Positions 1-8,282 of a DNA stretch of 22,818 bases are shown piece after piece; within the stretch, counting starts at the first letter, position 1, and each line of letters starts with the position of its first letter. Under the pieces are notes generated by a model. It did no database searches. It saw nothing but the letters and a program-made list of their open reading frames with translations, and was not told where the DNA came from. Position numbers and translations under genes: made by a program. Source of the stretch: Armatimonadota bacterium (GTDB lineage Bacteria; Armatimonadota; UBA5829; DTLH01); assembly GCA_039680575.1 (NCBI GenBank), contig JBDKSP010000091.1, forward strand, positions 1-22,818, written 5' to 3'.

Positions 1-134
1 ATATAAACAGTTCTCTGATATAGCTTTATCTGTTGATTTTACACTTACACCTGAAACTCTTCCGGAAGATTTTCGGCAACAGCCAATATATGATTGGCCG
101 TTAATTAATCAGCTGAAAATCTATAGGAGGAAAG

Positions 135-1208
135 ATGTCAGTAAAAATAGGCGTTGTCGGTGCAGGCAATTTCGGGCAGATGCACCTTGATTCGTATACT
201 CAGCTCGGATACCTGGGTGTTGCCGAACTTGCAGCCGTTGCCGAAGCCAATCCCAAGCGTGTAGAGCAACTCAAAAAAGAACTGAGCTGCCCGATATTTT
301 CAGATGTAAGCGAGATGCTCAAAAAAACGGATATAGACGCAGTCAGTATTGCAACACCGGACCATCTTCACAAGGCAGTTGCCCTTACCGCCCTAAAGGC
401 CGGTAAACATGTACTGGTCGAAAAGCCTCTCGATATAACAGTCGAAGGCTGCAAAGAGATCATTCAGACGGCGAAAGATTCCGATGTCCTTTTGCAGGTC
501 GATTTCCACAAGAGATATGACCCCGACCACCAGGCAATAGAGAGGCGTGTCAAAAACGGAGACCTGGGCGATCTTCTCTATGGCAGCGCTTACATGGAAG
601 ACCGGATCGAGGTCCCCAGCAAGTGGTTCCCGAACTGGGCTCCCAATTCATCCCCTGCATGGTTTTTGGGTGTTCACTTCTACGATCTTATAAGATGGAT
701 CGTAAAGAGCGAAGTGAAAAGCGTTTACGCGACCGGTATAAAGAACACCCTTCTCAAAGACTACAATGTAGACACCTATGACAGTATCAGCGCGAAAGTC
801 GACTTTGTAAACGGCGTGAGCTTTACATTCGATACCAGTTGGATACTGCCGGACAACTTCGAAGCCGTCGTGAACCAGGGTATGCGCATTGTCGGGACCA
901 AGGGTATTTTTGAGTGCGACAGCCAGGACCGAGGCACCCGCTCGTGCATAAAGCCTGAAGGTATGTCGACCTATAACAACAACTTCAAGCGCGAAACTTC
1001 AGATAAGTTCGGACGGAAGGTCATGAAGGGCTACGGTATCGAGAGCATAGAGGATTTTGCATACAATGTTGCGTTCTTAAAGAGCGGCGGCAAGATTGCT
1101 GACATCCCCGGCTGCTGGGCATCCGGCGAGGACGGTCTGGAAGTCACGCGTATCGCAGTCGCCGTCCACGAAAGCATAAAAACAGGACAGGTTGTCGTGT
1201 TGAGGTAA
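135..1208 (+). CDS. Gfo/Idh/MocA family NAD(P)-dependent oxidoreductase (sugar/inositol dehydrogenase-like)
   Basis: 357 aa; N-terminal Rossmann GxGxxG (GVVGAGNFG), family motifs IATPDHLH, HVLVEKP and GVHFYD; RBS AGGAGG just upstream. Confidence 0.93.
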   Translation: MSVKIGVVGAGNFGQMHLDSYTQLGYLGVAELAAVAEANPKRVEQLKKELSCPIFSDVSEMLKKTDIDAVSIATPDHLHKAVALTALKAGKHVLVEKPLDITVEGCKEIIQTAKDSDVLLQVDFHKRYDPDHQAIERRVKNGDLGDLLYGSAYMEDRIEVPSKWFPNWAPNSSPAWFLGVHFYDLIRWIVKSEVKSVYATGIKNTLLKDYNVDTYDSISAKVDFVNGVSFTFDTSWILPDNFEAVVNQGMRIVGTKGIFECDSQDRGTRSCIKPEGMSTYNNNFKRETSDKFGRKVMKGYGIESIEDFAYNVAFLKSGGKIADIPGCWASGEDGLEVTRIAVAVHESIKTGQVVVLR

Positions 1209-1213
1209 TAATT

Positions 1214-2581
1214 ATGGCAAGTTACGATCTTACTCCGGTGGAAGTCCCGCTGGTCAATACAAAATACAGAACAATAAAAACAAAGATCCCCGTGCCTGAG
1301 TCGCTGCCGGTATTCGAAGCGCTCAAGGAATCGGAATCGCGGTCCATGATGGGACAGCCGCCGATTGTGTGGCACAAAGCCGAGAATTTCACCGTCGAAG
1401 ACAAGTGGGGAAACCGCTGGATAGACTGGTCGAGCTGTGTTCTCGTCGCAAACGCGGGTCATGGCCGTCCTGAGGTAAAAGAAGCCCTTAAGAAACTCAT
1501 CGACCAGGGGCTTCTATCAAGCTATGTGTTCGTGCATGAGCAGCGCGCGGAGCTGTGCAAACTGCTTCAGACTCTTGCGCCTGATCCTTCAAACTATCGC
1601 GTTTTCCTGCTCAGCACAGGAAGCGAAGCAACCGAAAACTGCATAAAACTTGCTAAGACCTATGCCCTTAAAAAGCATGGTGAGAAGAAAAAATACTTGG
1701 TTTCGTTCAAATACGGTTTTCATGGCCGCACCATGGGCGCGCAGCTCGCCGGAGGAATGGAAAAGCAGAAGACATGGATGGTGGATAGAGACAAAACATT
1801 CGTGCAGGTCCCGTTCCCGGACGGTTACAAGAACGAAAACAGGTCATTCGACCTGTTCCTTTCCACTCTGAGTGACCTTGGGATCACCGGCGATGAGATT
1901 GCAGGTGTGATGGTGGAAAGTTATCAGGGTATCGGTCCTGATTTTCTGACTGTCGAATATGCCCAGAGGATGCAGGACTTCTGCCGGAAGCACGATATCG
2001 TGATGATCTACGATGAAGTGCAATCGGGCTTCGCAAGAACAGGCAGGATGTTCTGTTTCGAGCATTACGGGGTCAAACCGGACATCATCTCATGCGGCAA
2101 AGGGATTTCCTCATCGCTTCCGATGTCGGCGGTAATAGGCCGCGAGGACATAATTGACCTCTACGAGCCTGGTTCGATGACATCCACCCACTCGGCATCA
2201 CCTCTGCCGGTCGCCGCGGCGCTTGCGAATGTCAAGATCATTATCAGCGAGAACCTAGCTGATAGAGCCGCAAAAATGGGTAATATATTGATCCCTGAGC
2301 TCGACCGCATTCAGAAGAAATACCCTGACAGGCTGGGATGCATGCATGCAATGGGACTGGTCGCTGGCATTCAGGTAGTCAAGCCCGGAACGAAAGAACC
2401 TGACCCGGAAACCGCGCTGAAAATTAACGTTGCGTGCCTGCAAAAAGGCCTGCTGATGTTCTCGCCTGTGGGTATCGCGGGAGAATGTCTTAAGATCGCT
2501 CCGCCGCTTACGATAACGGAAGACGCTCTGAGGGAATCCGTGCAGGCTTTCGAAGAAGCGGTAGACGAGGTAATTGGATAG
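1214..2581 (+). CDS. PLP-dependent class-III aminotransferase (GabT/ArgD-like), substrate unknown
   Basis: 455 aa; STGSEATE, GFHGRT, DEVQSGFARTG and PDIISCGKG (PLP lysine), LKIAPPL; GAGGT RBS; starts 5 nt after upstream stop. Confidence 0.93.
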   Translation: MASYDLTPVEVPLVNTKYRTIKTKIPVPESLPVFEALKESESRSMMGQPPIVWHKAENFTVEDKWGNRWIDWSSCVLVANAGHGRPEVKEALKKLIDQGLLSSYVFVHEQRAELCKLLQTLAPDPSNYRVFLLSTGSEATENCIKLAKTYALKKHGEKKKYLVSFKYGFHGRTMGAQLAGGMEKQKTWMVDRDKTFVQVPFPDGYKNENRSFDLFLSTLSDLGITGDEIAGVMVESYQGIGPDFLTVEYAQRMQDFCRKHDIVMIYDEVQSGFARTGRMFCFEHYGVKPDIISCGKGISSSLPMSAVIGREDIIDLYEPGSMTSTHSASPLPVAAALANVKIIISENLADRAAKMGNILIPELDRIQKKYPDRLGCMHAMGLVAGIQVVKPGTKEPDPETALKINVACLQKGLLMFSPVGIAGECLKIAPPLTITEDALRESVQAFEEAVDEVIG

Positions 2582-2635
2582 AAGCTTAAGCTGAAAACCT
2601 TTTGGAGAGTTTCTAGCGCGGCTCACACTGGAGTC

Positions 2636-2674
2636 AAAAGGCTGGACGGTCATTTCACCGTCCAGCTTATTTTT
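2636..2674. terminator. Probable bidirectional intrinsic terminator between convergent operons
   Basis: Perfect 10-bp stem GCTGGACGGT (2641-2650)/ACCGTCCAGC (2657-2666), 6-nt loop, AAAAG on the left and TTATTTTT on the right. Confidence 0.85.
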
Positions 2675-2717
2675 CACCTGGTTGAGCGTAAACCGCGTTC
2701 TCCGTTCTTCCAGGCTA

Positions 2718-4139
2718 TCATCGGAATTCCCGGACGATTTCTTCCAACTTCACCTTTCTGGCGGGGTCGAAACCGGCTGCGGGCATGGAAGCATATCTCT
2801 TAACAGCATCCTGGGCAACCTGGTAAGTACTTTTGCCGCCAGCAGCTTCCCATGATGCGCGGGGTCCGCGCACTGCGATGTTCGGAATGTGATATTCGTC
2901 CGTACGCAGCCAATCCATGGTATGCTCAGTCATCAGGTAAGACCCACCCTGTGGCCCGATCTCTTCGATGACATCACGCGCAATCATCTCTTCATTTACG
3001 GTGATACCGGCAGCGATACGTCTGGACAAAGCGGATATTTCCTCGTCCATAACGAGCTGTTCGTGAGAACAGGTCATACCCGTCGCGAACATGCCGCAGT
3101 TTACGATCAGGTCATGCCCTGCTGCTATCGCACAGAACTGGCTGAGAGTCTTTTCCCATGCGTTCTGCTCGTCATGCGCGTGATTGTCGGAGTTCGGCGC
3201 AGTTGTATGCGAAGGTACCTTATAAAACCGCGCAAGCTGGGCAGCGGCTATACGGCAGAGAGTGGTCTCTGCCGAACCGACCAGAGCTGCGCCCGAACGC
3301 ATATCGGTTGTCGTCCACGAGTTCGCATACATTACCTTATGACCGGGCTTCAGCATCTGGATCATCGCGAGGCCGGATATGCATTCGGCGTTGTTTACGG
3401 TGAGCAGCCCGGCAAGCGTGTATGGCGCGGAGACTCCGGCGTTAGGTTCCGGTAATATGGCAATCGGGACTCCTGTACCGATTGTATCCATAATCGCATC
3501 GATTACGCTGCCTTCCCAGAAAAGAGGGCTTGTCGGAGAGAGCTGGGTTATTCCATAGACCTCGGAATCGAAATCACCGGCAAATGCGGCGCGCAGCAGC
3601 TCTATGCATGCCCTGTTGACATTCACTTTATCGGTCGAGAAGTAGATCGGTTTCCGGCTGTTTTCAATGCAGGCTCGAACACCATACACCAGCGATGCAT
3701 TCGGAGCAGGAACATCCTGGGGCATCACGGGAATCCCGATCATATCGATGTTGGGAAGGTTGTCGCATATCTTTGCGAACAACTCGACATCCGACACTCT
3801 GGATGGTCTCGTCTCGCCGCTTTCCGAATCCAGCCAGAATACGGCGTTATGCCCGGCGGCAATCCTGGGAACACCATTGCCCAGAGTAAAAGCGAATTCG
3901 CCGTCCCGGTCAAAGACGTCGATAGTCGAAGGCATCGTGCTCAATGCGTCTTCGATGCTTGACCGGCTGAACTTTACCACCCGGCTATCTTTGTCCACAT
4001 TCAGCCCTTTTTCTTCGAGAAACTGAAGCATTTTCGGGCTGTGTACCTTAACACCGCAAGTCTCCAGAATATGAAGAGTTGCCTCGTGTATTTGTCTCAC
4101 TTCGCTGTCCGAAAGGACTGTCGATATTGGTAATTTCAT
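2718..4139 (-). CDS. Trimethylamine methyltransferase (MttB) superfamily protein, non-pyrrolysine type
   Basis: 473 aa; family features: IHEATLHILETCGV, SPTSPL, AGVSAPYTLAGLL..NNAECISGL, DMRSG..GSAE, SD...DEQ..WEKT, GM..GMTCSHEQLVMDEE; no in-frame TAG. Confidence 0.9.
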   Translation of the reverse strand: MKLPISTVLSDSEVRQIHEATLHILETCGVKVHSPKMLQFLEEKGLNVDKDSRVVKFSRSSIEDALSTMPSTIDVFDRDGEFAFTLGNGVPRIAAGHNAVFWLDSESGETRPSRVSDVELFAKICDNLPNIDMIGIPVMPQDVPAPNASLVYGVRACIENSRKPIYFSTDKVNVNRACIELLRAAFAGDFDSEVYGITQLSPTSPLFWEGSVIDAIMDTIGTGVPIAILPEPNAGVSAPYTLAGLLTVNNAECISGLAMIQMLKPGHKVMYANSWTTTDMRSGAALVGSAETTLCRIAAAQLARFYKVPSHTTAPNSDNHAHDEQNAWEKTLSQFCAIAAGHDLIVNCGMFATGMTCSHEQLVMDEEISALSRRIAAGITVNEEMIARDVIEEIGPQGGSYLMTEHTMDWLRTDEYHIPNIAVRGPRASWEAAGGKSTYQVAQDAVKRYASMPAAGFDPARKVKLEEIVREFR

Positions 4140-4178
4140 TCTGTGTTAACCCTGTATACGTTCATTGAAGACTATTTC

Positions 4179-4991
4179 CTACATCGAAAGGTATTCGTGC
4201 ATCGACTTCAGAGATGCGTCACTGCATCCGATTGGCGAGTATTCGAGCCCGAATGAGCCTTTATAACCCACTTTATCGATATTGTCGATTATCTGCCTGT
4301 AGTCGAGCTCTCCAACATTGAGATCATGCCTCCCCGGAACACCGGCTGAATGGAAGTGGCCGATAATATCAATATCTCTTTGTACGGTCGCGATTACGTT
4401 CCCATGCATTATCTGCATGTGGTAGATATCGTACAGAAGTTTCAGATTAGGGCTATTTATTTCTTTTACTATCTCGACACCTTCATTCCAGTTGTCAAGA
4501 TAGTAACCGGGGTGGTCTACATAGCTGTTCAGCACTTCTATATAGAGCGTATAATTCTCCTTTTCAGCTATGGCTGCCGCCTCCGAGTAGGCTTTCATCA
4601 GATTGGACCGCATCTGCGAGCGCGAAAGGCCGTCTACCATGTTTCCCGTACAGGTAATAGCCTTGCTGATTCCGGCTGCCCTGGAAAAAGCGATTACCTC
4701 GTGAAGCCTGTCGATATATTTGTTCAGTTCACGTGAATCGACGATCACGCCGCCGACAATCCCGTCCGGCGAGTTGACGACCATGTTGTTTATCGTCATG
4801 CCGCACTGCTCGCATACCTGCCGCAGAGTCTGCGCGTCTTTCGGCTGGTCCGCTGTACAGGTAGCGCCATCGAATGTGTTGTCGTGAAACCAGAACTCCA
4901 CACAGTCGAACCCGGCTTTTGCTATTTTTTGGATCCTCTTATCGTATGGAAGATCGGTATGGACCATCTCAAGGCATATGTCGAACTTCAT
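4179..4991 (-). CDS. Hydroxypyruvate isomerase (Hyi)-family / sugar isomerase TIM-barrel protein
   Basis: 270 aa; GFDCVEFW, IEVLN..DHPGY, LLYDIYHMQIM.GN, HFHSAGVPGRH, GELDY, GLEY motifs. Confidence 0.88.
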   Translation of the reverse strand: MKFDICLEMVHTDLPYDKRIQKIAKAGFDCVEFWFHDNTFDGATCTADQPKDAQTLRQVCEQCGMTINNMVVNSPDGIVGGVIVDSRELNKYIDRLHEVIAFSRAAGISKAITCTGNMVDGLSRSQMRSNLMKAYSEAAAIAEKENYTLYIEVLNSYVDHPGYYLDNWNEGVEIVKEINSPNLKLLYDIYHMQIMHGNVIATVQRDIDIIGHFHSAGVPGRHDLNVGELDYRQIIDNIDKVGYKGSFGLEYSPIGCSDASLKSMHEYLSM

Positions 4992-5016
4992 TTTCTTTTT
5001 CTCCGTTATCGCACGC

Positions 5017-6306
5017 CTAGAGCAGCGCCTCGGCGACCTTTCTTATTCCCTTTGCGATCATGTCGCAGTCCTCTTCCGTAAGCTGCGCGGGTATGTCCAG
5101 ATGAATCGTCCGGGAGAGGATCTCATTGGTTCTCGGACACATATCCTCACTATAGCGGCTGGGTGCATCGCCCTTGTAATGCGGGCAGCTATATGGGCAG
5201 CCATCCGAAGTAGGCGTTTTCTGCTTAAGCACATGCTGCCAGTGCGAATAGATATGCCAGTCAGGGATGCCTTTATTGAACACTCCCGCAGCATCGACTC
5301 CCTCGGCCCTGAGCGCATCCACGAACGTTTCTACTTTTTCGGAGCTATCGAGCATCCACATGAGGCAGATGGCCGTGTCGCCGGCTTCATCATTGAGCTT
5401 TCTGAACGTAATGCCGGGAATACCCGCGATCCGGCTCTTGATGCGCTTCTTGTTGGCGCGCATCTTCGAGATCAGGGTGTCCAGCTTGCCGAGCTGCGCG
5501 AGCATCACGGCTCCGGTCAACTCGCTCATTCTATAGTTAACACCGCAGAATAGCTCGCCATCATAGCGTTCACCACCGAAACGGTCCGGCCTCCAGCAGG
5601 CAGCCGTATCGTGGTAACCCATGAGGCGGTCATACAGGCGGTCGTCGTTAGTGATGCACGTGCCGCCCTCTCCGGCAGTGATGATCTTGTGATACTGGAA
5701 GCTGAAGCAGCCGACATCACCGAATGTTCCCAGGGACTTGCCCTTATAGCTTCCGCCGCAGGCCTGCGCGCAGTCTTCGATCAGCTTCAAATTGTGCTTC
5801 TTGCAGATTGCCGTAATTCTGTCCATATCACACGGCACACCCCGCATATGAACGACAATTACAGCCTTGGTATAAGGCGTAATCTTCTTTTCGAGTCCAT
5901 CCGGGTCCATGGTCATGCTTTCATCGATATCGCATATAACCGGAACCGCCTTGGCAGCGACAATCGACGCGCAGCTTGCGAAGAACGTGTAACCGTTTAC
6001 GATGACTTCATCACCGGGTCCCACGCCGCATGCGACCAGAGCGCTGATCAGAGCGGATGTGCAGGAATTGACTGCAAGGCAGTGCTTCACACCCATACGC
6101 GCGGCAAACTTTTCTTCGAATTCCCGGACCTTGCTGGGATAATTCGCAGGTCCATAATAGCGGAACAGATATTTCCGCTCGATGACTTCGAGCAGTTGCG
6201 CTTTTTCTTCCTCTCCGATCTCCAGTCCACCTGGATACATCGGTATATTAGGTGTGGTTTTCGCCTTTTCTCCACCGTTGATAGCCAGTTGTTCTTTAGT
6301 TATCAT
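5017..6306 (-). CDS. DegT/DnrJ/EryC1/StrS family sugar aminotransferase
   Basis: 429 aa; NSCTSAL, GPGDEVIV..YTFFAS, IEDCAQA, FSFQYHKIITAGEGG (PLP lysine), GVNYRMSE; overlaps upstream gene by 11 nt. Confidence 0.93.
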   Translation of the reverse strand: MITKEQLAINGGEKAKTTPNIPMYPGGLEIGEEEKAQLLEVIERKYLFRYYGPANYPSKVREFEEKFAARMGVKHCLAVNSCTSALISALVACGVGPGDEVIVNGYTFFASCASIVAAKAVPVICDIDESMTMDPDGLEKKITPYTKAVIVVHMRGVPCDMDRITAICKKHNLKLIEDCAQACGGSYKGKSLGTFGDVGCFSFQYHKIITAGEGGTCITNDDRLYDRLMGYHDTAACWRPDRFGGERYDGELFCGVNYRMSELTGAVMLAQLGKLDTLISKMRANKKRIKSRIAGIPGITFRKLNDEAGDTAICLMWMLDSSEKVETFVDALRAEGVDAAGVFNKGIPDWHIYSHWQHVLKQKTPTSDGCPYSCPHYKGDAPSRYSEDMCPRTNEILSRTIHLDIPAQLTEEDCDMIAKGIRKVAEALL

Positions 6307-7339
6307 GCCGGTTGCCTCCCATCAAAATACTGTTAACATAGAAACTGAGCTCTTCGTAGTCTCTTGCCTCTCGTAGTTGGTCCATATACGCCTCATCGCA
6401 GCTCCGTACCTTCTCAAGAAGCATCTCGAACATCTTTTTGCTATAAACAAGATGCTTCAGGGAGTTTTCCTTGCTTTGTGTGCGAAGGGTCTTGACATCA
6501 AGGCCGATATACTCCCCGTTTTTCCCATAACCGTACTTGTCGAGCATGTAGACCTGTGAGAACGCCCGGCCAAGGTTTGCACTCCCGAACGTCTTGTCTT
6601 CATCGAACTTCAGACCGTTCTGGTCATTGAGGTGCACTCCCCAGAGCTTGCCGAAGCTCAGCGCAAAACCCATCTCTTCGCTCGGCTCAAGGTTAGCCAG
6701 CAGTGCATGAGCACTCTCTATGAGGATTCCCACCCGGCTTGGGTCCTTTGTGCGGGACGCGATTGCGAGGAAGTGTCCGGTTGTGGGGCAGAATGCGGAG
6801 TCCATCGGCTCGTTCGGCTTCATTTCACCAAGAATACGTATATTGGGGTCACAATCAAGAAGCATATCGACATACTCAACGAACCTGTCCGCCGCAACCT
6901 TGGGATCTTTGGCTTCCCGGATGTACGTGCCTTCACGGGCGGGCCAGAGAACGATATTACGTGTACCCAGCATTTTGGCTATCTCTACAGCGTGCTTCGA
7001 TCTATCCCAGGCATACTTTCTTGCCTCAGGGTTGTTGGAAGTCCAGCCGCCGTCGACCGTCATCGCGTGCTCCCATAGTCTCGGAGCTACGAACTCGGCT
7101 TCCAGACCCATATCGTCAAGAGTCTTCTTGAGCTCAGCGAGCTTTTTGTCCTGCTCTGCGATCGAAAGGGTGATATCGACCGCATCGTCATCATGGAACT
7201 GGATGCCCGTAAAACCCTCTTTTACCGCAAACTCCAGCTTTTCACGGAATTCGAAAGATTCCCTGACCATCGGGCCAAAAGGATCAGCCCCTTCATGGAT
7301 GTTCCAGGGGCCAAAAGAAAACCTGTATTCTCCTGCCAT
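6296..7339 (-). CDS. Xylose isomerase-like (class I XylA-related) aldose-ketose isomerase
   Basis: 347 aa; FSFGPW..DPFG, FHDDD (His49), WPAREG, EMKPNEP, ESAH, HLNDQ..KFDED, LDVK; RBS GAGGT. Confidence 0.85.
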   Translation of the reverse strand: MAGEYRFSFGPWNIHEGADPFGPMVRESFEFREKLEFAVKEGFTGIQFHDDDAVDITLSIAEQDKKLAELKKTLDDMGLEAEFVAPRLWEHAMTVDGGWTSNNPEARKYAWDRSKHAVEIAKMLGTRNIVLWPAREGTYIREAKDPKVAADRFVEYVDMLLDCDPNIRILGEMKPNEPMDSAFCPTTGHFLAIASRTKDPSRVGILIESAHALLANLEPSEEMGFALSFGKLWGVHLNDQNGLKFDEDKTFGSANLGRAFSQVYMLDKYGYGKNGEYIGLDVKTLRTQSKENSLKHLVYSKKMFEMLLEKVRSCDEAYMDQLREARDYEELSFYVNSILMGGNRHDN

Positions 7340-7437
7340 TTCCCACCTCTAAATTAAGATTATGTTAATCTTCCGTATAATATACTACACACCGAAGCGC
7401 AAAATAAAACGGCTATAACGACTACTTGTGAGATTAT

Positions 7438-7986
7438 TTACCTGAGCTGTACAGCCATTATCTTGAGGATTTCGTCAGACTCGTTGCGTGCTACGTGTAG
7501 TTGTCCCGCTTTAACATAGAAAGCATCCCCGGCTTGTATAGTAAACTTACCCTTGTCGACAACTTTCAGCGTTAATTCGCCGGATACGACCATTCCGAAC
7601 AGATCGCCTTTGTGGCTTTCTTTCTCTACAACTTTTGTATGAGGCTGGTACTCTTCATAGGTCAGTTCAGCTTTGATATTTGGATGCTTTGCAAATGCGT
7701 AGTACCACCTGTGTTCATCATCTTCAGCAGTAACCATTTCCGCCTGTCGAAACACAATCTGCTCTGATGGATCGCTGTCGGCCCCGTCCAGGAAAAATTC
7801 ATAAAGATCGACATTCATCGCTTCCAGCAGTTTACTGAGGCTCATTACCGTCGGAGAGACCTTGCCCGATTCGATCTTGGATATCAGGCTGACAGAGACA
7901 TTAGCCGTGGACGCAAGCTCACGCATTGTAAGTTTGCGGTTCTCGCGAAGCGCCTTCAGTCTGACCCCAGTGTCTCTGCTGTTCAA
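7438..7986 (-). CDS. XRE-family HTH transcriptional regulator with C-terminal cupin sensor (PuuR-like)
   Basis: 182 aa; N-terminal HTH_3 (LKALRENRKLTMRELA..SLISKIESGKVSPT), cupin HKGDLFGMVVSGEL..GDAFY..H; TTG start with AGGAG RBS. Confidence 0.92.
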   Translation of the reverse strand: MNSRDTGVRLKALRENRKLTMRELASTANVSVSLISKIESGKVSPTVMSLSKLLEAMNVDLYEFFLDGADSDPSEQIVFRQAEMVTAEDDEHRWYYAFAKHPNIKAELTYEEYQPHTKVVEKESHKGDLFGMVVSGELTLKVVDKGKFTIQAGDAFYVKAGQLHVARNESDEILKIMAVQLR

Positions 7987-8044
7987 TTGTGCTCCTACGA
8001 TGAATATACTATATATAAACAGTTATGCAGCTAATGACAGCATC

Positions 8045-8073
8045 ATATTACCTTGCAATCAAACATAATGCAA
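8045..8073 (-). promoter_or_regulatory. Candidate sigma-70 promoter for the XRE regulator
   Basis: On - strand TTGCAT (8073-8068), 17-nt spacer, TAATAT (8050-8045), about 60 nt upstream of the TTG start. Confidence 0.5.
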
Positions 8074-8282
8074 TATGTTTTTTTCAATTCCGCGGTTACT
8101 ACTGCGCGGGCATCGGCACATTAACTTCATTATGGGTATATCAGATGATGATCTCACCAGAGTTCTTTACATGGGTTTAAAACACATCAGTCAAAGGGTA
8201 AGCGTGAAGCGAGCCGGCATTCAAAATGAAGGCGCGCTCCTGCTTTAAGATACGACTACTGTCAGTGGAGGAACATCGAATA

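Noticed and set aside
58..98. Short palindromes TCTTCCGGAAGA and GCCAAT-N5-ATTGGC upstream of the first gene
   Set aside because: Short single occurrences with no matching copy elsewhere in the window; cannot be assigned a function
3192..3194. Possible pyrrolysine (TAG) readthrough in MttB
   Set aside because: The equivalent codon is AAC (Asn) and the frame has no internal stop
2889..3455. 188-aa + strand ORF within the MttB gene
   Set aside because: Fully antisense to a conserved gene, with no family signature
5611..6336. 241-aa + strand ORF (also 4978-5553 and 6720-7352)
   Set aside because: Antisense shadows of well-supported - strand genes; no recognisable motifs or RBS
8160..8225. Possible c-di-GMP riboswitch in the leader of the pyruvyl transferase gene
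   Set aside because: The conserved GEMM elements (GNRA tetraloop stem, GCAAA junction) could not be identified
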